Shown in pieces: positions 1 through 11,745 of a stretch of DNA of 64,000 nt. A program made the translations under genes and the position numbers. Source of the DNA: Escherichia coli (GTDB lineage Bacteria > Pseudomonadota > Gammaproteobacteria > Enterobacterales > Enterobacteriaceae); assembly GCF_002854065.1 (NCBI RefSeq), contig NZ_CP024147.1; one strand, 5' to 3'. The notes beneath the pieces are model-generated. The model did not search any database. It saw only the letters and a list, made by a program, of their open reading frames with translations, and was not told the DNA's origin. The stretch's first letter is position 1. Every line of letters begins with the position of its first letter.

Positions 1-639
1 CATCATTACGCGCTGGCGCTGGTAATCATGCATCAGGAAGAACCACAGAATCGGAATGAACGCCGCTACCAGCACTACTGCGACGCCAATCAGACGCCAG
101 CTAAGGCCAGAGAGGAACAGTACAAACAGACCGGAAAGCGCAACGAGGATTGATGTTCCCAGGTCAGGCTGTGCAGCCACCAGCAGCGTGGGCATAAATA
201 TCAGCACCAGCGCGATGCCAGTGTTCTTCAACGATGGCGGGCAAACGTCGCGGTTGATAAAGCGCGCAACCATCAGTGGTACGGCTATTTTGGCAATTTC
301 CGACGGCTGAAAACGAACAATACCGAGGTCCAGCCAGCGTTGAGCGCCTTTAGAGATGGCACCGAAAGCATCTACCGCCACCAGCAAAATAATACAGATG
401 ATATAGAGATAGGGGGCCCAGCCTTCATAAACGCGTGGAGGAATTTGCGCCATCACCACCATGATGACCAGACCCATCGCGATTTGGCCGATTTTACGCT
501 CCATCATGCCAATATCCTGACCGCTGGCGCTCCAGATAACCAGGGCGCTGTAAACCAGCAATGCCAGTAAAATCAGCAGCATTGTGGGATCGAGATGGAC
601 TTTATCCCAGAATGTTTTTTTATTCGGATTATCCGTCAT
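1..639 (-). CDS. mrdB: Peptidoglycan glycosyltransferase RodA (SEDS family), N-terminal part only; gene runs off the window start
   Basis: Reverse-strand translation from ATG at 637-639 reads MTDNPNKKTFWDKVHLDPTML, matching RodA N-terminus; lies immediately downstream of mrdA as in the mrdAB operon. Antisense ORFs 56..310 and 340..570 are its shadow. Confidence 0.85.
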   Translation of the reverse strand, partial: MTDNPNKKTFWDKVHLDPTMLLILLALLVYSALVIWSASGQDIGMMERKIGQIAMGLVIMVVMAQIPPRVYEGWAPYLYIICIILLVAVDAFGAISKGAQRWLDLGIVRFQPSEIAKIAVPLMVARFINRDVCPPSLKNTGIALVLIFMPTLLVAAQPDLGTSILVALSGLFVLFLSGLSWRLIGVAVVLVAAFIPILWFFLMHDYQRQRVMM

Positions 640-641
640 GA

Positions 642-2543
642 TTAATGGTCCTCCGCTGCGGCAACCGCTGGATTTTCCGCAGGCAGATCGGTGTTGTTAT
701 CACCCAGCATAATGTGGTCGAGGATCTGGCGCATCAGCGTACCAACCGCCGGACCCGCGCCGCCGTTCTCCAGAATCATGGCGACAGCCACTTGCGGATT
801 GTTGTATGGCGCAAAGGCGGTCATCAGTTTGTGGTCACGTAAACGCTCGGCAATTTTGTGCGCATTATAGGTTTCGTTCGCTTTCAGACCGAAGACCTGA
901 GCGGTACCAGATTTCGCCGCAATTTTGTACGGTGCGCTGGCAAAGTATTTATGCGCCGTACCGTTAGGGCGGTTAGCAACACCGTACATACCGTCTTTCG
1001 CCAGCTCCCAGTAACCGGAATGAATATCGCCAACGGGCGGTTCATGCGGTTGTACCCATGGCACCTGTTTGCCGTCTTCGGCGGTGCTCATCAGCAAATG
1101 CGGAACCTTCACGATACCGTCATTAATCAGGATCATCAGTGCCTTACTCATCTGGATTGGGGTCGCTGTCCAGTAACCCTGACCGATACCAACCGGAATG
1201 GTGTCACCCTGATACCACGGTTTTTTAAAGCGTTTCTGTTTCCATTCGCGGGTAGGCATGTTGCCGGAACGTTCTTCCGCCAGGTCGATACCGGTATAAT
1301 GACCATAACCGAATTTACCCATCCATTCGGAGAGGCGATCGATCCCCATATCGTAGGCCACCTGATAGAAGAAGGTATCCGCAGATTCTTCCAGCGATCT
1401 TGTGACATTCAGACGCCCGTGGCCCCATTTTTTCCAGTCACGATAACGTTTTTCCGAACCTGGCAGTTGCCACCAGCCTGGGTCAAACAGCGTCGTATTG
1501 CGCGTGATCACCCCGGCGCTCAATGCCGAAACCGCCACATAGGGTTTAACTGTAGACGCGGGAGGATAAACCCCCTGTGTGGCGCGGTTCACCAGCGGTG
1601 TATTCGGGTCGTTCAACAAGGCGGAATAATCTTTGCTGGAGATACCGTCAACAAACAGGTTTGGGTCATAACTAGGCGTGGAAACCAGCGCCAGCACCCC
1701 ACCTGTACGCGGATCGGTGACTACCACAGCTGCGCGGCTACCCGCCAGCAGCGTTTCAATATATTGCTGGAGTTTGAGATCCAGCGTCAGGTAAATATCG
1801 TGTCCGGCTTGCGGTGGTACTTCTTTTAACTGGCGGATAACACGCCCACGGTTGTTAACTTCAACCTCTTCATAACCAGTCTGACCGTGCAGCACGTCTT
1901 CATAGTAACGCTCAATGCCCAGCTTACCTATATCATGCGTTGCCGCATAGTTGGCCAGTTTGCCGTCATTATTCAGGCGTTCGACGTCTTTATCGTTGAT
2001 TTTCGACACATAGCCGATGACGTGGGTCAACGCCGAACCGTAAGGATAGTAACGACGTTTATAGCCCTTAACTTCAACACCCGGAAAACGGTACTGATTG
2101 ACGGCAAAGCGAGCTACTTGTACTTCGGTCAGGTTAGTTTTCACCGGAATGGAGGTGAAACGGTGTGAACGTGCGCGCTCTTTTCGGAATGCAGCAATAT
2201 CGTCATCGGTCAGATCTACCACGCTGCGCAAAGCGTCCAGCGTTTGCTGCACGTTATCGACTTTCTCCGGCATCATTTCTATCTGGTAGATAGTGCGGTT
2301 GAGAGCCAGAGGGATACCATTACGGTCATAGATAATGCCGCGGCTGGGTGCGATAGGCACCAGCTTAATGCGGTTTTCATTAGAGCGGGTCTGGTAGTCG
2401 GTAAAGCGAACAATTTGCAGATTATACAGGTTGGCGATAAGCACGCCGGTCAGCAGCAAAATCCCCAAAAAGGCGACCAGCGCCCGGCGCACAAACAGCG
2501 CGGACTCTGCCGTATAGTCGCGAAAAGAGTTCTGTAGTTTCAT
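642..2543 (-). CDS. mrdA: Penicillin-binding protein 2 (peptidoglycan D,D-transpeptidase)
   Basis: 633-aa ORF; transpeptidase signature STVKP and conserved PBP2 architecture; operon context with rlmH-rsfS upstream and mrdB downstream. Confidence 0.95.
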   Translation of the reverse strand: MKLQNSFRDYTAESALFVRRALVAFLGILLLTGVLIANLYNLQIVRFTDYQTRSNENRIKLVPIAPSRGIIYDRNGIPLALNRTIYQIEMMPEKVDNVQQTLDALRSVVDLTDDDIAAFRKERARSHRFTSIPVKTNLTEVQVARFAVNQYRFPGVEVKGYKRRYYPYGSALTHVIGYVSKINDKDVERLNNDGKLANYAATHDIGKLGIERYYEDVLHGQTGYEEVEVNNRGRVIRQLKEVPPQAGHDIYLTLDLKLQQYIETLLAGSRAAVVVTDPRTGGVLALVSTPSYDPNLFVDGISSKDYSALLNDPNTPLVNRATQGVYPPASTVKPYVAVSALSAGVITRNTTLFDPGWWQLPGSEKRYRDWKKWGHGRLNVTRSLEESADTFFYQVAYDMGIDRLSEWMGKFGYGHYTGIDLAEERSGNMPTREWKQKRFKKPWYQGDTIPVGIGQGYWTATPIQMSKALMILINDGIVKVPHLLMSTAEDGKQVPWVQPHEPPVGDIHSGYWELAKDGMYGVANRPNGTAHKYFASAPYKIAAKSGTAQVFGLKANETYNAHKIAERLRDHKLMTAFAPYNNPQVAVAMILENGGAGPAVGTLMRQILDHIMLGDNNTDLPAENPAVAAAEDH

Positions 2544-2573
2544 CCGCTGCGTTTTCTACTCAAAGCTCCCTTA

Positions 2574-3041
2574 TCACTCACGGTGATAAGGATGGTTGGT
2601 GGTGATGCTCCACGCCCGGTACAGACTCTCTGCGACCAGCACGCGAACCAGCGGATGGGGGAGGGTAAGCGCCGACAGCGACCAGCTCTGCTCCGCCGCC
2701 GCTTTACAGGCAGGCGACAACCCTTCAGGCCCGCCAATCAGTAGACTGACGTCGCGACCATCCAGCTTCCAGCGTTCCAGCTCAGCGGCTAACTGCGGCG
2801 TATCCCAGGGCTTGCCTGGAATATCTAGGGTGACAATGCGGTTTTTGCCTGCGGCCGCCAACATCTGCTCACCCTCTTTGTCGAGTATGCGCTTGATGTC
2901 CGCATTCTTGCCGCGTTTTCCGGCCGGAATTTCAATCAGCTCGAAGGGCATATCTTTCGGAAAACGACGCAGGTACTCGGTAAAACCGGTTTGTACCCAG
3001 TCCGGCATTTTCGTTCCCACGGCGACAAGTTGCAGCTTCAC
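2574..3041 (-). CDS. rlmH: 23S rRNA (pseudouridine1915-N3)-methyltransferase RlmH
   Basis: 155-aa ORF of the SPOUT methyltransferase family, conserved position between rsfS and mrdA. Confidence 0.92.
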
Positions 3042-3044
3042 GCA

Positions 3045-3380
<336 letters not shown>

Positions 3381-3621
3381 TCAAATAGATAAAAATGGTC
3401 TGTCAGTATACCTGAACCAGAGGCGATTTCGGGACAATTGTCGCCGAATCGGCTTTCGAAAGTGGGCTATCATCCCACCCCGCGCCGCAGATTGCATCGC
3501 CATTTTTGTAAAACAATTTCTACAAAGTCGTGTCTGGCGGAAAAAGTCTGGCTGCGGAGAATATCAGCCTGCCCGGGGCTGTCAATGGTCGTTGCGGCTT
3601 ACCCGTAAAAAAACAGAAAAG

Positions 3622-4233
3622 TCATGCATTCTCGACCCCGATGGCACGGCTATTGAGGACGCGTAGCGTCGCGAATTTTTGGTTTATATCAATGGCGCTC
3701 CAACACCCCTGGTCAACGCGAAAATGCCACATAGACTCGGCAGGCATGCCAATTAGACGAGCAATTAACAGACTCAGTACGCCCTGATGGCTGACGACTA
3801 AAATATTCTGATAGTGCTGATATTCACTAAACCTTGCGATAAAGCGTTCCACTCGTTGCGAAAATGCCTGAAATCCTTCACCGTTCGTGGGGATAGCATG
3901 CTGCCAGTCATTGCACCACGCGCTATAGTTTTCGGCATCTTCTTGCATGAGGTCGCGATGATGTCGCATCTCCCAGTCGCCAAAAAACATTTCGTTGAGT
4001 TCAGGGATGATATGAACGGGCAGCTGGCGGTCACTGAGAACCAGTCGCGCGGTATGCTGTGCCCGTTCCAGTTCACTGCATAAAACCAGGTCAAAGGAAA
4101 CATCATCTAGCAGTGTATGCAGATTTTGCGCTTGCTCAATACCGCGTGCGGTCAGGGGTGTGGGAGCATGACCGCTGTACAGACCATCGACATTTGCTTG
4201 CGTTTCACCATGACGAATTAACCACAGTCGCAT
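3622..4233 (-). CDS. cobC: Adenosylcobalamin/alpha-ribazole phosphatase (histidine phosphatase family)
   Basis: ORF contains the histidine-phosphatase RHGE motif (LIRHGETQAN). Start placed at the second Met (MRLWLIRHGE) giving 203 aa; the ORF track starts one codon earlier. Confidence 0.88.
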   Translation of the reverse strand: MRLWLIRHGETQANVDGLYSGHAPTPLTARGIEQAQNLHTLLDDVSFDLVLCSELERAQHTARLVLSDRQLPVHIIPELNEMFFGDWEMRHHRDLMQEDAENYSAWCNDWQHAIPTNGEGFQAFSQRVERFIARFSEYQHYQNILVVSHQGVLSLLIARLIGMPAESMWHFRVDQGCWSAIDINQKFATLRVLNSRAIGVENA

Positions 4234-4256
4234 CATGCCCTCCGTAACGACAGGTA

Positions 4257-4898
4257 TCAGCGATACAAGCCTTGTTGGTTAATGTAAGTCAGTACCGGTT
4301 CCGGCAATAAATCCTCACACGATTCACCGTTTTGCAAACGTTCGCGGATGATGGTCGCCGAGATGTTAAACCACGGCGTTTCAGCCAGATAAATTTTACC
4401 TGCAGGCTGAAGGTGAAGATCTTCCGGGTTATGTGTCAAATGATCTTCCAGCCATTGCTGGTATTGCGGTTGCGCCATTTCAAGTGGGTAACCTGGACGC
4501 CGACAGACGATCAAATGTGCATTGTCGAGTATCGTTTCGTATTCGTACCAGGTCGGAAAGGTCAGCAATGAATCCTGACCAATAATAAACGCCAGCGGCA
4601 CGTCCGGTCCTTGTTCCTGCCGCCACTCTTTCAGTGTTTGCGCAGTGTAAGAGGGGGCATTGCGCTTTAGCTCGCGTTCATCAAGAGTAAATAATGGCTT
4701 GTCGGCAATCGCCAGTTCAAGCATGTGTTTACGCTGCACGCTGTTCGCTTCCGGCTGGGGACGATGCGGAGGAACATTATTAGGGATTATTGTGACCCGC
4801 GTCAGACCAATCAAATTCGCCAGCGTTTCCACGGGTTTTAGATGACCATAGTGCACCGGATCAAAGGTGCCGCCAAACAGAGCCTGTAAAGATTTCAT
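4257..4898 (-). CDS. nadD: Nicotinate-nucleotide adenylyltransferase
   Basis: 213-aa ORF with nucleotidyltransferase [11 protein letters not shown] motif at the N-terminus. Confidence 0.93.
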
Positions 4899-4899
4899 A

Positions 4900-5931
4900 T
4901 CAACCGTCGATAAATACGTCCGCCAGGGGTTTATGGCACAACAGAAGAGATAACCCTTCCAGCTCTGCCCACACTGACTGACCGTAATCTTGTTTGAGGG
5001 TGAGTTCCGTTCGTGTCAGGAGTTGCACGGCCTGACGTAACTGCGGCTGACTTAAGCGATTTAACGCTTCGCCCATCATGCGCCGGCGGTTCTGCCATAC
5101 CCGATGCTTATCAAACAACGCACGCAGTGGCGTATGGGCAGACTGGCGTTTCAGGTTAACCAGTAACAACAGTTCACGTTGTAATGTGCGCAACAAAATA
5201 ACCGGCTCGCTGCCTTCCAGACGCAGTTGCTGAAGAATATGCAACGCGCGCTTACTTTTTCCCATCAACAAAGCATCAACCCAATGAAAAGGGGTGAAAT
5301 GCGCGGCATCATTCACCGCCTGTTCAACGCGCGGTAATGTCAGTTTGCCGTCTGGCCAGAGCAGCGATAAACGCTCCAGTGCCTGAGCCAGCGCCAGCAG
5401 GTTACCTTCATAACAGTAGCAGAGCACCTGATTTGCAGCGTCATCCAGTTCTAAGTTGAGCTGTTTTGCGCGCGCAGCAACCCAGCGGGGAAGCTGAGCC
5501 TGCTCCGGTGTCTGACAGGTCACCTGCACGCTGCGATTCGCAAGAGCAGTAAACCAGGCGGCATTTTCTTGCGCTTTGCTTAATTTATTACCGCGGACGA
5601 TCAACAGCAGGTCGTCATGCAGAAGTCCGGTGAGTGTGAGAAGTTGTTCATTGATCGCCGCATTCGGTCCGTTTTCTGGTAACAACAGCAATAGCGTTTG
5701 TCGACTGGCAAACAGACTCATAGCCTGGCATAACGAAAAGATCGCATTCCAGTCAGTGTTGGGATCAATGGAAAAAGTGTGGTGTTCTTCGAATCCTTGT
5801 GCCGCAGCTACCTGACGAACAGCGTCCTGGCTTTCCTGCAATAACAGAGGATCGTTACCAAGTAAAAGATACGCCGCGCGCAGCCCTTCATTGAGCTGCG
5901 CGCGGAGTTGTTCCGGGTACAACCGAATCAT
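4900..5931 (-). CDS. holA: DNA polymerase III delta subunit
   Basis: 343-aa ORF; conserved nadD-holA-lptE-leuS order; stop overlaps lptE start. Confidence 0.92.
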
Positions 5932-6512
5932 CAGTTACCCAGCGTGGTGGAGACGCGTGCAGGCGTTGCCGGAGTATCCGTTGTGGTCGACGTCTGTTCT
6001 TCGTCGGAACGAATATCCGCAGCACGGATGCTTGGCAGCTTACGAATCAGCTGTTCGGCAGCACGGTCGTACATCTCTTTTACGATCATGTCTTGTTCGT
6101 TATCTTTCGCTAACGCCATTTGCGGGTTATCAAAGAACGAACGGAAGACTTTGGCGCTAATCGGGTAGATATCACGGCCGGGGATCAACACGGTCGCATT
6201 CACCGTCATGATCATCTGATACTCTGCTGTTTGACCGTTACGGAATACCGATGCGGTATCTTTCGCGATGCTCACTTTACCCAAACGCAGGGATGGAACG
6301 TCCTTACGCGTGGTTTCTTTATCAAGCAACTCGACACCATTCAGACGTAACTGGTTACGCACCGCACGGCTTAATGGCCCGTTCGGATCGCCTGAGTCCA
6401 GGATCATGACCTTCATAGTGGAAGGAACCTGCGTGGTGTCACGCAGATGCCAGCCACACCCGGCGGTGATTAACACCGCCAGAGATAACAACAATGTTGC
6501 CAGATATCGCAC
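5931..6512 (-). CDS. lptE: LPS assembly lipoprotein LptE
   Basis: 193-aa ORF with lipoprotein signal and lipobox (LITAGC); position between holA and leuS. Confidence 0.92.
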
Positions 6513-6526
6513 GCTTCCTCCCGCGC

Positions 6527-9109
6527 TTAGCCAACGACCAGATTGAGGAGTTTACCTGGTACGTAAATCACTTTACGTACAGTAACGCCATCAAGATATT
6601 TTGCTACCAGATGTTCCTGGCCAGCACGTTCGCGAACCTGTTCTTCCGTTGCGTCCACCGGAACGGTGATTTTGGCACGGACTTTACCGTTAACCTGCAC
6701 CACGACCAGCGTGGAGTCTTCCACCATCGCTTTTTCGTCAGCAACCGGCCACGGCGCGTTGTCGATATCGCCTTCGCCTTTCAGTTCCTGCCACAGCGTG
6801 AAGCAAATGTGCGGGGTGAACGGGTTAAGCATACGGACAACGGCCAGCAGTGCTTCCTGCATCAGAGCGCGATCCTGCTCGCCATCGGTCGGTGCTTTCG
6901 CCAGTTTGTTCATCAGCTCCATAATCGCCGCAATTGCGGTGTTGAAGGTCTGACGACGGCCGATATCATCGGTCACTTTAGCGATAGTTTTATGCACATC
7001 GCGACGCAGCGCTTTCTGATCTTCAGTCAGTGCATCAACGTTCAGTGCCGCAACATCACCTTTCGCAGTATGCTCGTACACCAGTTTCCAGACACGTTTC
7101 AGGAAGCGGTTAGCCCCTTCCACGCCGGACTCCTGCCATTCGAGAGTCATATCAGCCGGAGAAGCAAACATCATAAACAGACGAACGGTGTCCGCGCCGT
7201 AACGTTCAACCATCACCTGCGGGTCGATACCGTTGTTCTTCGACTTGGACATTTTGCTCATGCCGGTATAAACCAGTTCATGGCCTGCCGCATCTTTCGC
7301 TTTCACGATACGGCCTTTCTCGTCACGTTCAACGATAGCATCAACCGGGGAAACCCAGTTACGTTCGCCGTTTTCGCCAACATAGTAGAAGGCATCTGCC
7401 AGCACCATACCCTGACACAGCAACTGTTTCGCTGGTTCGTCAGAGTTCACCATGCCTGCATCACGCATCAGTTTGTGGAAGAAGCGGAAGTAGAGCAGGT
7501 GCATAATGGCGTGTTCGATACCACCAATGTAGATATCCACCGGCAGCCAGTAGTTAGCCGCTTCGGAATCCAGCATACCTTCTTTGTACTGCGGGCAAGT
7601 GTAGCGCGCATAGTACCAGGAGGACTCCATAAAGGTGTCGAAAGTGTCGGTTTCACGCAGTGCTGGCATACCGTTAACGGTAGTTTTCGCCCACTCCGGA
7701 TCTGCTTTAATCGGGCTGGTAATGCCGTCCATTACCACATCTTCCGGCAGGATCACCGGCAGCTGGTCGTCCGGGGTCGGCATTACGGTACCGTCTTCCA
7801 GCGTCACCATCGGAATCGGCGCGCCCCAGTAACGCTGACGGGAAACACCCCAGTCGCGCAGGCGGTAGTTCACTTTACGCTCGCCAACGCCCATCGCAGT
7901 CAGTTTATCGGCGATGGCGTTGAAGGCCGCTTCATGGTCAAGACCGTTGAACTCGCCAGAGTTGAACAGCACGCCTTTTTCAGTCAGGGCTTGCTGAGAA
8001 AGATCTGGCTCAGAGCCGTCAGCCGCCAGGATAACCGGTTTGATGTTCAGGCCGTATTTAGAGGCAAACTCGTAGTCGCGTTGGTCGTGCCCCGGAACCG
8101 CCATTACTGCGCCCGTGCCGTACTCCATCAATACGAAGTTTGCTGCCCAAACGGGAATTTCTTCGCCCGTTAATGGGTGAACAGCTTTAAAGCCAGTATT
8201 GACGCCTTTTTTCTCCATCGTCGCCATTTCAGCTTCAGCAACTTTGGTGTTACGGCATTCGTCAATAAAGGCCGCCAGTTCAGGATTATTTTCCGCCGCT
8301 TTCTGCGCCAGCGGATGACCCGCAGCTACCGCCAGGTAGGTACAACCCATAAAGGTGTCCGGGCGGGTAGTGTAAACGGTCAGCGTGTTGTCATAGTCGT
8401 TAACGTTGAAGGTGATTTCCACGCCTTCGGAACGACCGATCCAGTTACGCTGCATGGTTTTAACGGTGTCTGGCCAGTGATCCAGTTTATCCAAATCGTT
8501 GAGCAGCTCGTCAGCGTAAGCAGTGATTTTGATAAACCACTGCGGGATCTCTTTACGTTCAACTTTGGTATCGCAGCGCCAGCAGCAGCCGTCGATAACT
8601 TGTTCGTTCGCCAGTACGGTCTGGTCGTTCGGGCACCAGTTGACCGCAGAAGTCTTCTTATATACCAGGCCTTTTTTATACAGCTCGGTGAAGAATTTCT
8701 GTTCCCAACGGTAGTATTCCGGCGTACAGGTTGCCAGCTCGCGGCTCCAGTCATAACCAAAGCCCAGCATTTTGAGCTGGTTTTTCATATACGCGATGTT
8801 GTCGTACGTCCACGGTGCCGGAGCGGTGTTGTTTTTCACCGCCGCGCCTTCCGCAGGCAGACCAAACGCGTCCCAGCCGATCGGCTGCAGAACGTTTTTG
8901 CCCAGCATGCGCTGGTAACGGGCGATCACGTCACCGATGGTGTAGTTACGTACGTGGCCCATGTGTAGTCGACCAGAAGGATAGGGAAGCATAGACAGGC
9001 AGTAATACTTCTCTTTGCTCTCGTCTTCGGTTACTTCAAATGTGCGCTTCTCATCCCAATGAAGCTGTACTTTGGATTCTATCTCTTCCGGGCGGTATTG
9101 CTCTTGCAT
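6527..9109 (-). CDS. leuS: Leucyl-tRNA synthetase
   Basis: Class I aaRS signatures (HMGH motif, KMSKS-type MSKSK). Start set at MQEQYRPEE (860 aa); the ORF track extends 8 codons further upstream to 9133. Confidence 0.95.
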   Translation of the reverse strand: MQEQYRPEEIESKVQLHWDEKRTFEVTEDESKEKYYCLSMLPYPSGRLHMGHVRNYTIGDVIARYQRMLGKNVLQPIGWDAFGLPAEGAAVKNNTAPAPWTYDNIAYMKNQLKMLGFGYDWSRELATCTPEYYRWEQKFFTELYKKGLVYKKTSAVNWCPNDQTVLANEQVIDGCCWRCDTKVERKEIPQWFIKITAYADELLNDLDKLDHWPDTVKTMQRNWIGRSEGVEITFNVNDYDNTLTVYTTRPDTFMGCTYLAVAAGHPLAQKAAENNPELAAFIDECRNTKVAEAEMATMEKKGVNTGFKAVHPLTGEEIPVWAANFVLMEYGTGAVMAVPGHDQRDYEFASKYGLNIKPVILAADGSEPDLSQQALTEKGVLFNSGEFNGLDHEAAFNAIADKLTAMGVGERKVNYRLRDWGVSRQRYWGAPIPMVTLEDGTVMPTPDDQLPVILPEDVVMDGITSPIKADPEWAKTTVNGMPALRETDTFDTFMESSWYYARYTCPQYKEGMLDSEAANYWLPVDIYIGGIEHAIMHLLYFRFFHKLMRDAGMVNSDEPAKQLLCQGMVLADAFYYVGENGERNWVSPVDAIVERDEKGRIVKAKDAAGHELVYTGMSKMSKSKNNGIDPQVMVERYGADTVRLFMMFASPADMTLEWQESGVEGANRFLKRVWKLVYEHTAKGDVAALNVDALTEDQKALRRDVHKTIAKVTDDIGRRQTFNTAIAAIMELMNKLAKAPTDGEQDRALMQEALLAVVRMLNPFTPHICFTLWQELKGEGDIDNAPWPVADEKAMVEDSTLVVVQVNGKVRAKITVPVDATEEQVRERAGQEHLVAKYLDGVTVRKVIYVPGKLLNLVVG

Positions 9110-9344
9110 GGCAGCCAGTGGTCCTGTTTTCATTACGGCTACAAAAGTAGCGTTAGAGGTGGTTTTTCAGATCCGCATAGCATAGCCCAAACGTCCGCGT
9201 CAAAACAGCCTTTCGCGCACTCGACGTTGAAATGATGCCCGGATTATTCATACATTAATTTACAGAGTTTGTGGGCGTATTAGCAAAGCAAGGAACAAAG
9301 AACGTCTATTATTATAGTCAGTTAACGACCCGGGAGATGAAACG

Positions 9345-9827
9345 ATGAACAAGGTTGCTCAATATTACCGTGAACTGGTTGCGTCACTGAGCGAACGCCT
9401 GCGCAATGGCGAACGTGATATCGACGCACTGGTGGAACAGGCGCGCGAGCGCGTAATAAAAACAGGGGAGTTAACGCGAACCGAGGTCGATGAGCTGACG
9501 CGAGCTGTCAGACGTGACCTGGAAGAGTTCGCCATGAGCTATGAAGAGAGCCTGAAAGAAGAATCTGACAGCGTCTTTATGCGGGTGATTAAAGAAAGCT
9601 TGTGGCAGGAGCTGGCAGACATCACCGATAAAACGCAGCTTGAATGGCGCGAAGTTTTCCAGGACCTCAATCATCATGGGGTTTATCACAGCGGAGAAGT
9701 GGTCGGGCTGGGAAATCTGGTCTGCGAGAAATGTCACTTCCATCTCCCGATCTACACACCGGAAGTGCTGACGCTATGCCCGAAATGTGGTCATGACCAG
9801 TTCCAGAGACGCCCGTTTGAGCCGTAA
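9345..9827 (+). CDS. ybeL: DUF1451 zinc-ribbon protein YbeL
   Basis: 160-aa ORF with C-terminal CxxC...CxxC zinc ribbon (CEKCHFH ... CPKCGH). Confidence 0.85.
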   Translation: MNKVAQYYRELVASLSERLRNGERDIDALVEQARERVIKTGELTRTEVDELTRAVRRDLEEFAMSYEESLKEESDSVFMRVIKESLWQELADITDKTQLEWREVFQDLNHHGVYHSGEVVGLGNLVCEKCHFHLPIYTPEVLTLCPKCGHDQFQRRPFEP

Positions 9828-9857
9828 TAGTCTGATTTCGCACAGCAATAAAGAGAA

Positions 9858-9890
9858 TATGGGCCGAATGAAATTCCCCGGCCCTTGTTT
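9858..9890 (+). terminator. Intrinsic terminator after ybeL
   Basis: GC hairpin gggccg-loop-cggccc followed by a T-run (ttgttttta), directly downstream of the ybeL stop. Confidence 0.5.
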
Positions 9891-9896
9891 TTATCT

Positions 9897-10880
9897 CTAC
9901 AGTAAATCTTCAGTCTCACGAATTTCCTGACTGACATCTCTGGTTCCGGATGACTGAACTTTACGATACAGGTCGAGAGCCTGTCGGAGATCGACAGGTC
10001 TTCCTTCTCCGTAGTGATACATAATGGCCAGGTTATACCAGGCAGTGGCGTCATTGCATTCAGCGGCTTTCGTAAACCATTCAAAGGCAGCCTGATAATC
10101 TTTCTCAACGCCTTGTCCGTGTTTATACATATAACCGATGTTGACGTAAGCGCCGACGCTCCCCTGAGCGGCAGCCTTCAGATACCAGTACATCGCTTGC
10201 TTATAGTCCTGGTCCACCCCTTCGCCAGCGTTATAATCCCATGCAATTTGAAACTGAGCATGCCGATTACCCTGCTGTGCGCTTTTCAAATACCAGAATG
10301 CGGCGAGTGTCTCGTTTTGAGCAACGCCTTTTCCGTCTTCATAAAGATCGGCCAGATTGTTTTGCGCGTCACTATGGCCTTGTAATGCAGCTTGTTTGTA
10401 CCAGAAAAATGCCAGCGTATAGTCTTGTGCGACTCCGTTGCCATTTCTGTACATCCACCCAAGATTATTTTGCGCATAAGACATTCCGCTCTCCGCGGCT
10501 ATCTGATACCAGGCAACCGCTTCTTTATAGTTGGGGTCTTCTCCACGATCCAGTATCCAGCCAAGGGCGTTGGAAGCGAAAGTATGGCCTTGTAGGGCAG
10601 CTTTTTTCAGCCAGAAGATGGCTTGCTCATTATCTTTATGACGGCTTTTATCCTCGGTATACTTTTGCCCTAAGGAATACTGTGCTTCACAATGACCTTG
10701 CTCAGCGGCCAGCTTCAGCCAGTAAAAGGCCTTTTCGTCGTCCGGAGAGTCAATTGCGCTATCGCGATTATAATAAAACCCAACAATATATTGAGCCTCA
10801 CTATCGCCTTGTTCAGCACGTTCGATAATCTCATCTATTGACAAATTATCGCAGCAACTTGACGTAAAAATCATTATCAT
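9897..10880 (-). CDS. ybeQ: Sel1/TPR-like repeat protein
   Basis: 327-aa ORF made of repeated Sel1-type units (recurring A..W..KAA.QG...AQ..LG..Y motifs). Confidence 0.85.
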   Translation of the reverse strand: MIMIFTSSCCDNLSIDEIIERAEQGDSEAQYIVGFYYNRDSAIDSPDDEKAFYWLKLAAEQGHCEAQYSLGQKYTEDKSRHKDNEQAIFWLKKAALQGHTFASNALGWILDRGEDPNYKEAVAWYQIAAESGMSYAQNNLGWMYRNGNGVAQDYTLAFFWYKQAALQGHSDAQNNLADLYEDGKGVAQNETLAAFWYLKSAQQGNRHAQFQIAWDYNAGEGVDQDYKQAMYWYLKAAAQGSVGAYVNIGYMYKHGQGVEKDYQAAFEWFTKAAECNDATAWYNLAIMYHYGEGRPVDLRQALDLYRKVQSSGTRDVSQEIRETEDLL

Positions 10881-11037
10881 TTCCTTATGGTTGCAGATAA
10901 AAGATATTATATTTTTATGTGTTCCGTTTTTGCGTAAGTCTTATTTTATGCGTATTATGTTGTGTCGGAAAAGTATAAATAAATGAGCCTCGTAATGTAG
11001 TTTACATTCATTAAATGAATGTTTAAGGATAAATTAT

Positions 11038-11745
11038 ATGGACATAGAGTCGCAAAAAATATTGTTTGCACTTTCCACTCCGATGGAAATACGCAATGAA
11101 TGCTGTTTACCTTCGCATTCATCCCCCAAAATGTATTTAGGTACATGCTTTTTTGACCTTTCTTCCTCCTGGGGAATTGATGACCGTGATGACCTGCTGC
11201 GCACAATTCACCGAATGATCGATAACGGTCATGCCGCGCGGTTGGCAGGGTTTTATCACCGCTGGTTTCGTTATTCTCCATGTGAATGGCGTGACTATCT
11301 TGCTGAATTAAATGAGCAAGGTCAGGCTTATGCGCAATTTGTCGCCAGCACAGCCGAATGCTGTGGTGAGGGAGGAATTAAAGCATGGGATTATGTCCGG
11401 ATGGGTTTTTTAAGTCGAATGGGCGTACTTAATAACTGGTTGAGTGAAGAAGAAAGTCTATGGATCCAGTCGCGTATTCATCTACGGGCTCTACGTTATT
11501 ATAGTAACTGGCGGCAATACTTTGCCGGTTATACCTTTGGTCGGCAATATTGGCAGTCTCCCGAAGATGATAATCTGCCTTTATTACGTGAATTCTTAGC
11601 GCGTAAAGAATACGACGATTCCGGCAATGATATGTTTTATCAATTATTTGCCAGTGATGATGCGTATTACCCTACCTTGTCCTGGCAACCATTGGCTTAC
11701 TATTCTGCATGCCCGGAAACGCTTAAGGATATGAGCGACCTATGA
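11038..11745 (+). CDS. ybeR: DUF1266 family protein
   Basis: 235-aa ORF, paralogous to the ybeU product in this window (shared [20 protein letters not shown] core); stop overlaps djlB start. Confidence 0.85.
   Translation: MDIESQKILFALSTPMEIRNECCLPSHSSPKMYLGTCFFDLSSSWGIDDRDDLLRTIHRMIDNGHAARLAGFYHRWFRYSPCEWRDYLAELNEQGQAYAQFVASTAECCGEGGIKAWDYVRMGFLSRMGVLNNWLSEEESLWIQSRIHLRALRYYSNWRQYFAGYTFGRQYWQSPEDDNLPLLREFLARKEYDDSGNDMFYQLFASDDAYYPTLSWQPLAYYSACPETLKDMSDL

Noticed and set aside
56-570. Two plus-strand ORFs (84 aa and 76 aa) at the window start
   Set aside because: Antisense to mrdB (rodA), whose N-terminus is clearly encoded on the minus strand from 639.
858-1829. 323-aa plus-strand ORF
   Set aside because: Antisense to mrdA (PBP2); no independent signals or recognisable domains.
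6494-8173. 559-aa ORF on the plus strand
   Set aside because: Lies entirely antisense within leuS, which has unambiguous class I synthetase motifs; its translation is low-complexity with no recognisable motif, typical of a shadow ORF in GC-rich coding sequence.
8177-8968. 263-aa plus-strand ORF
   Set aside because: Second antisense shadow ORF within leuS.
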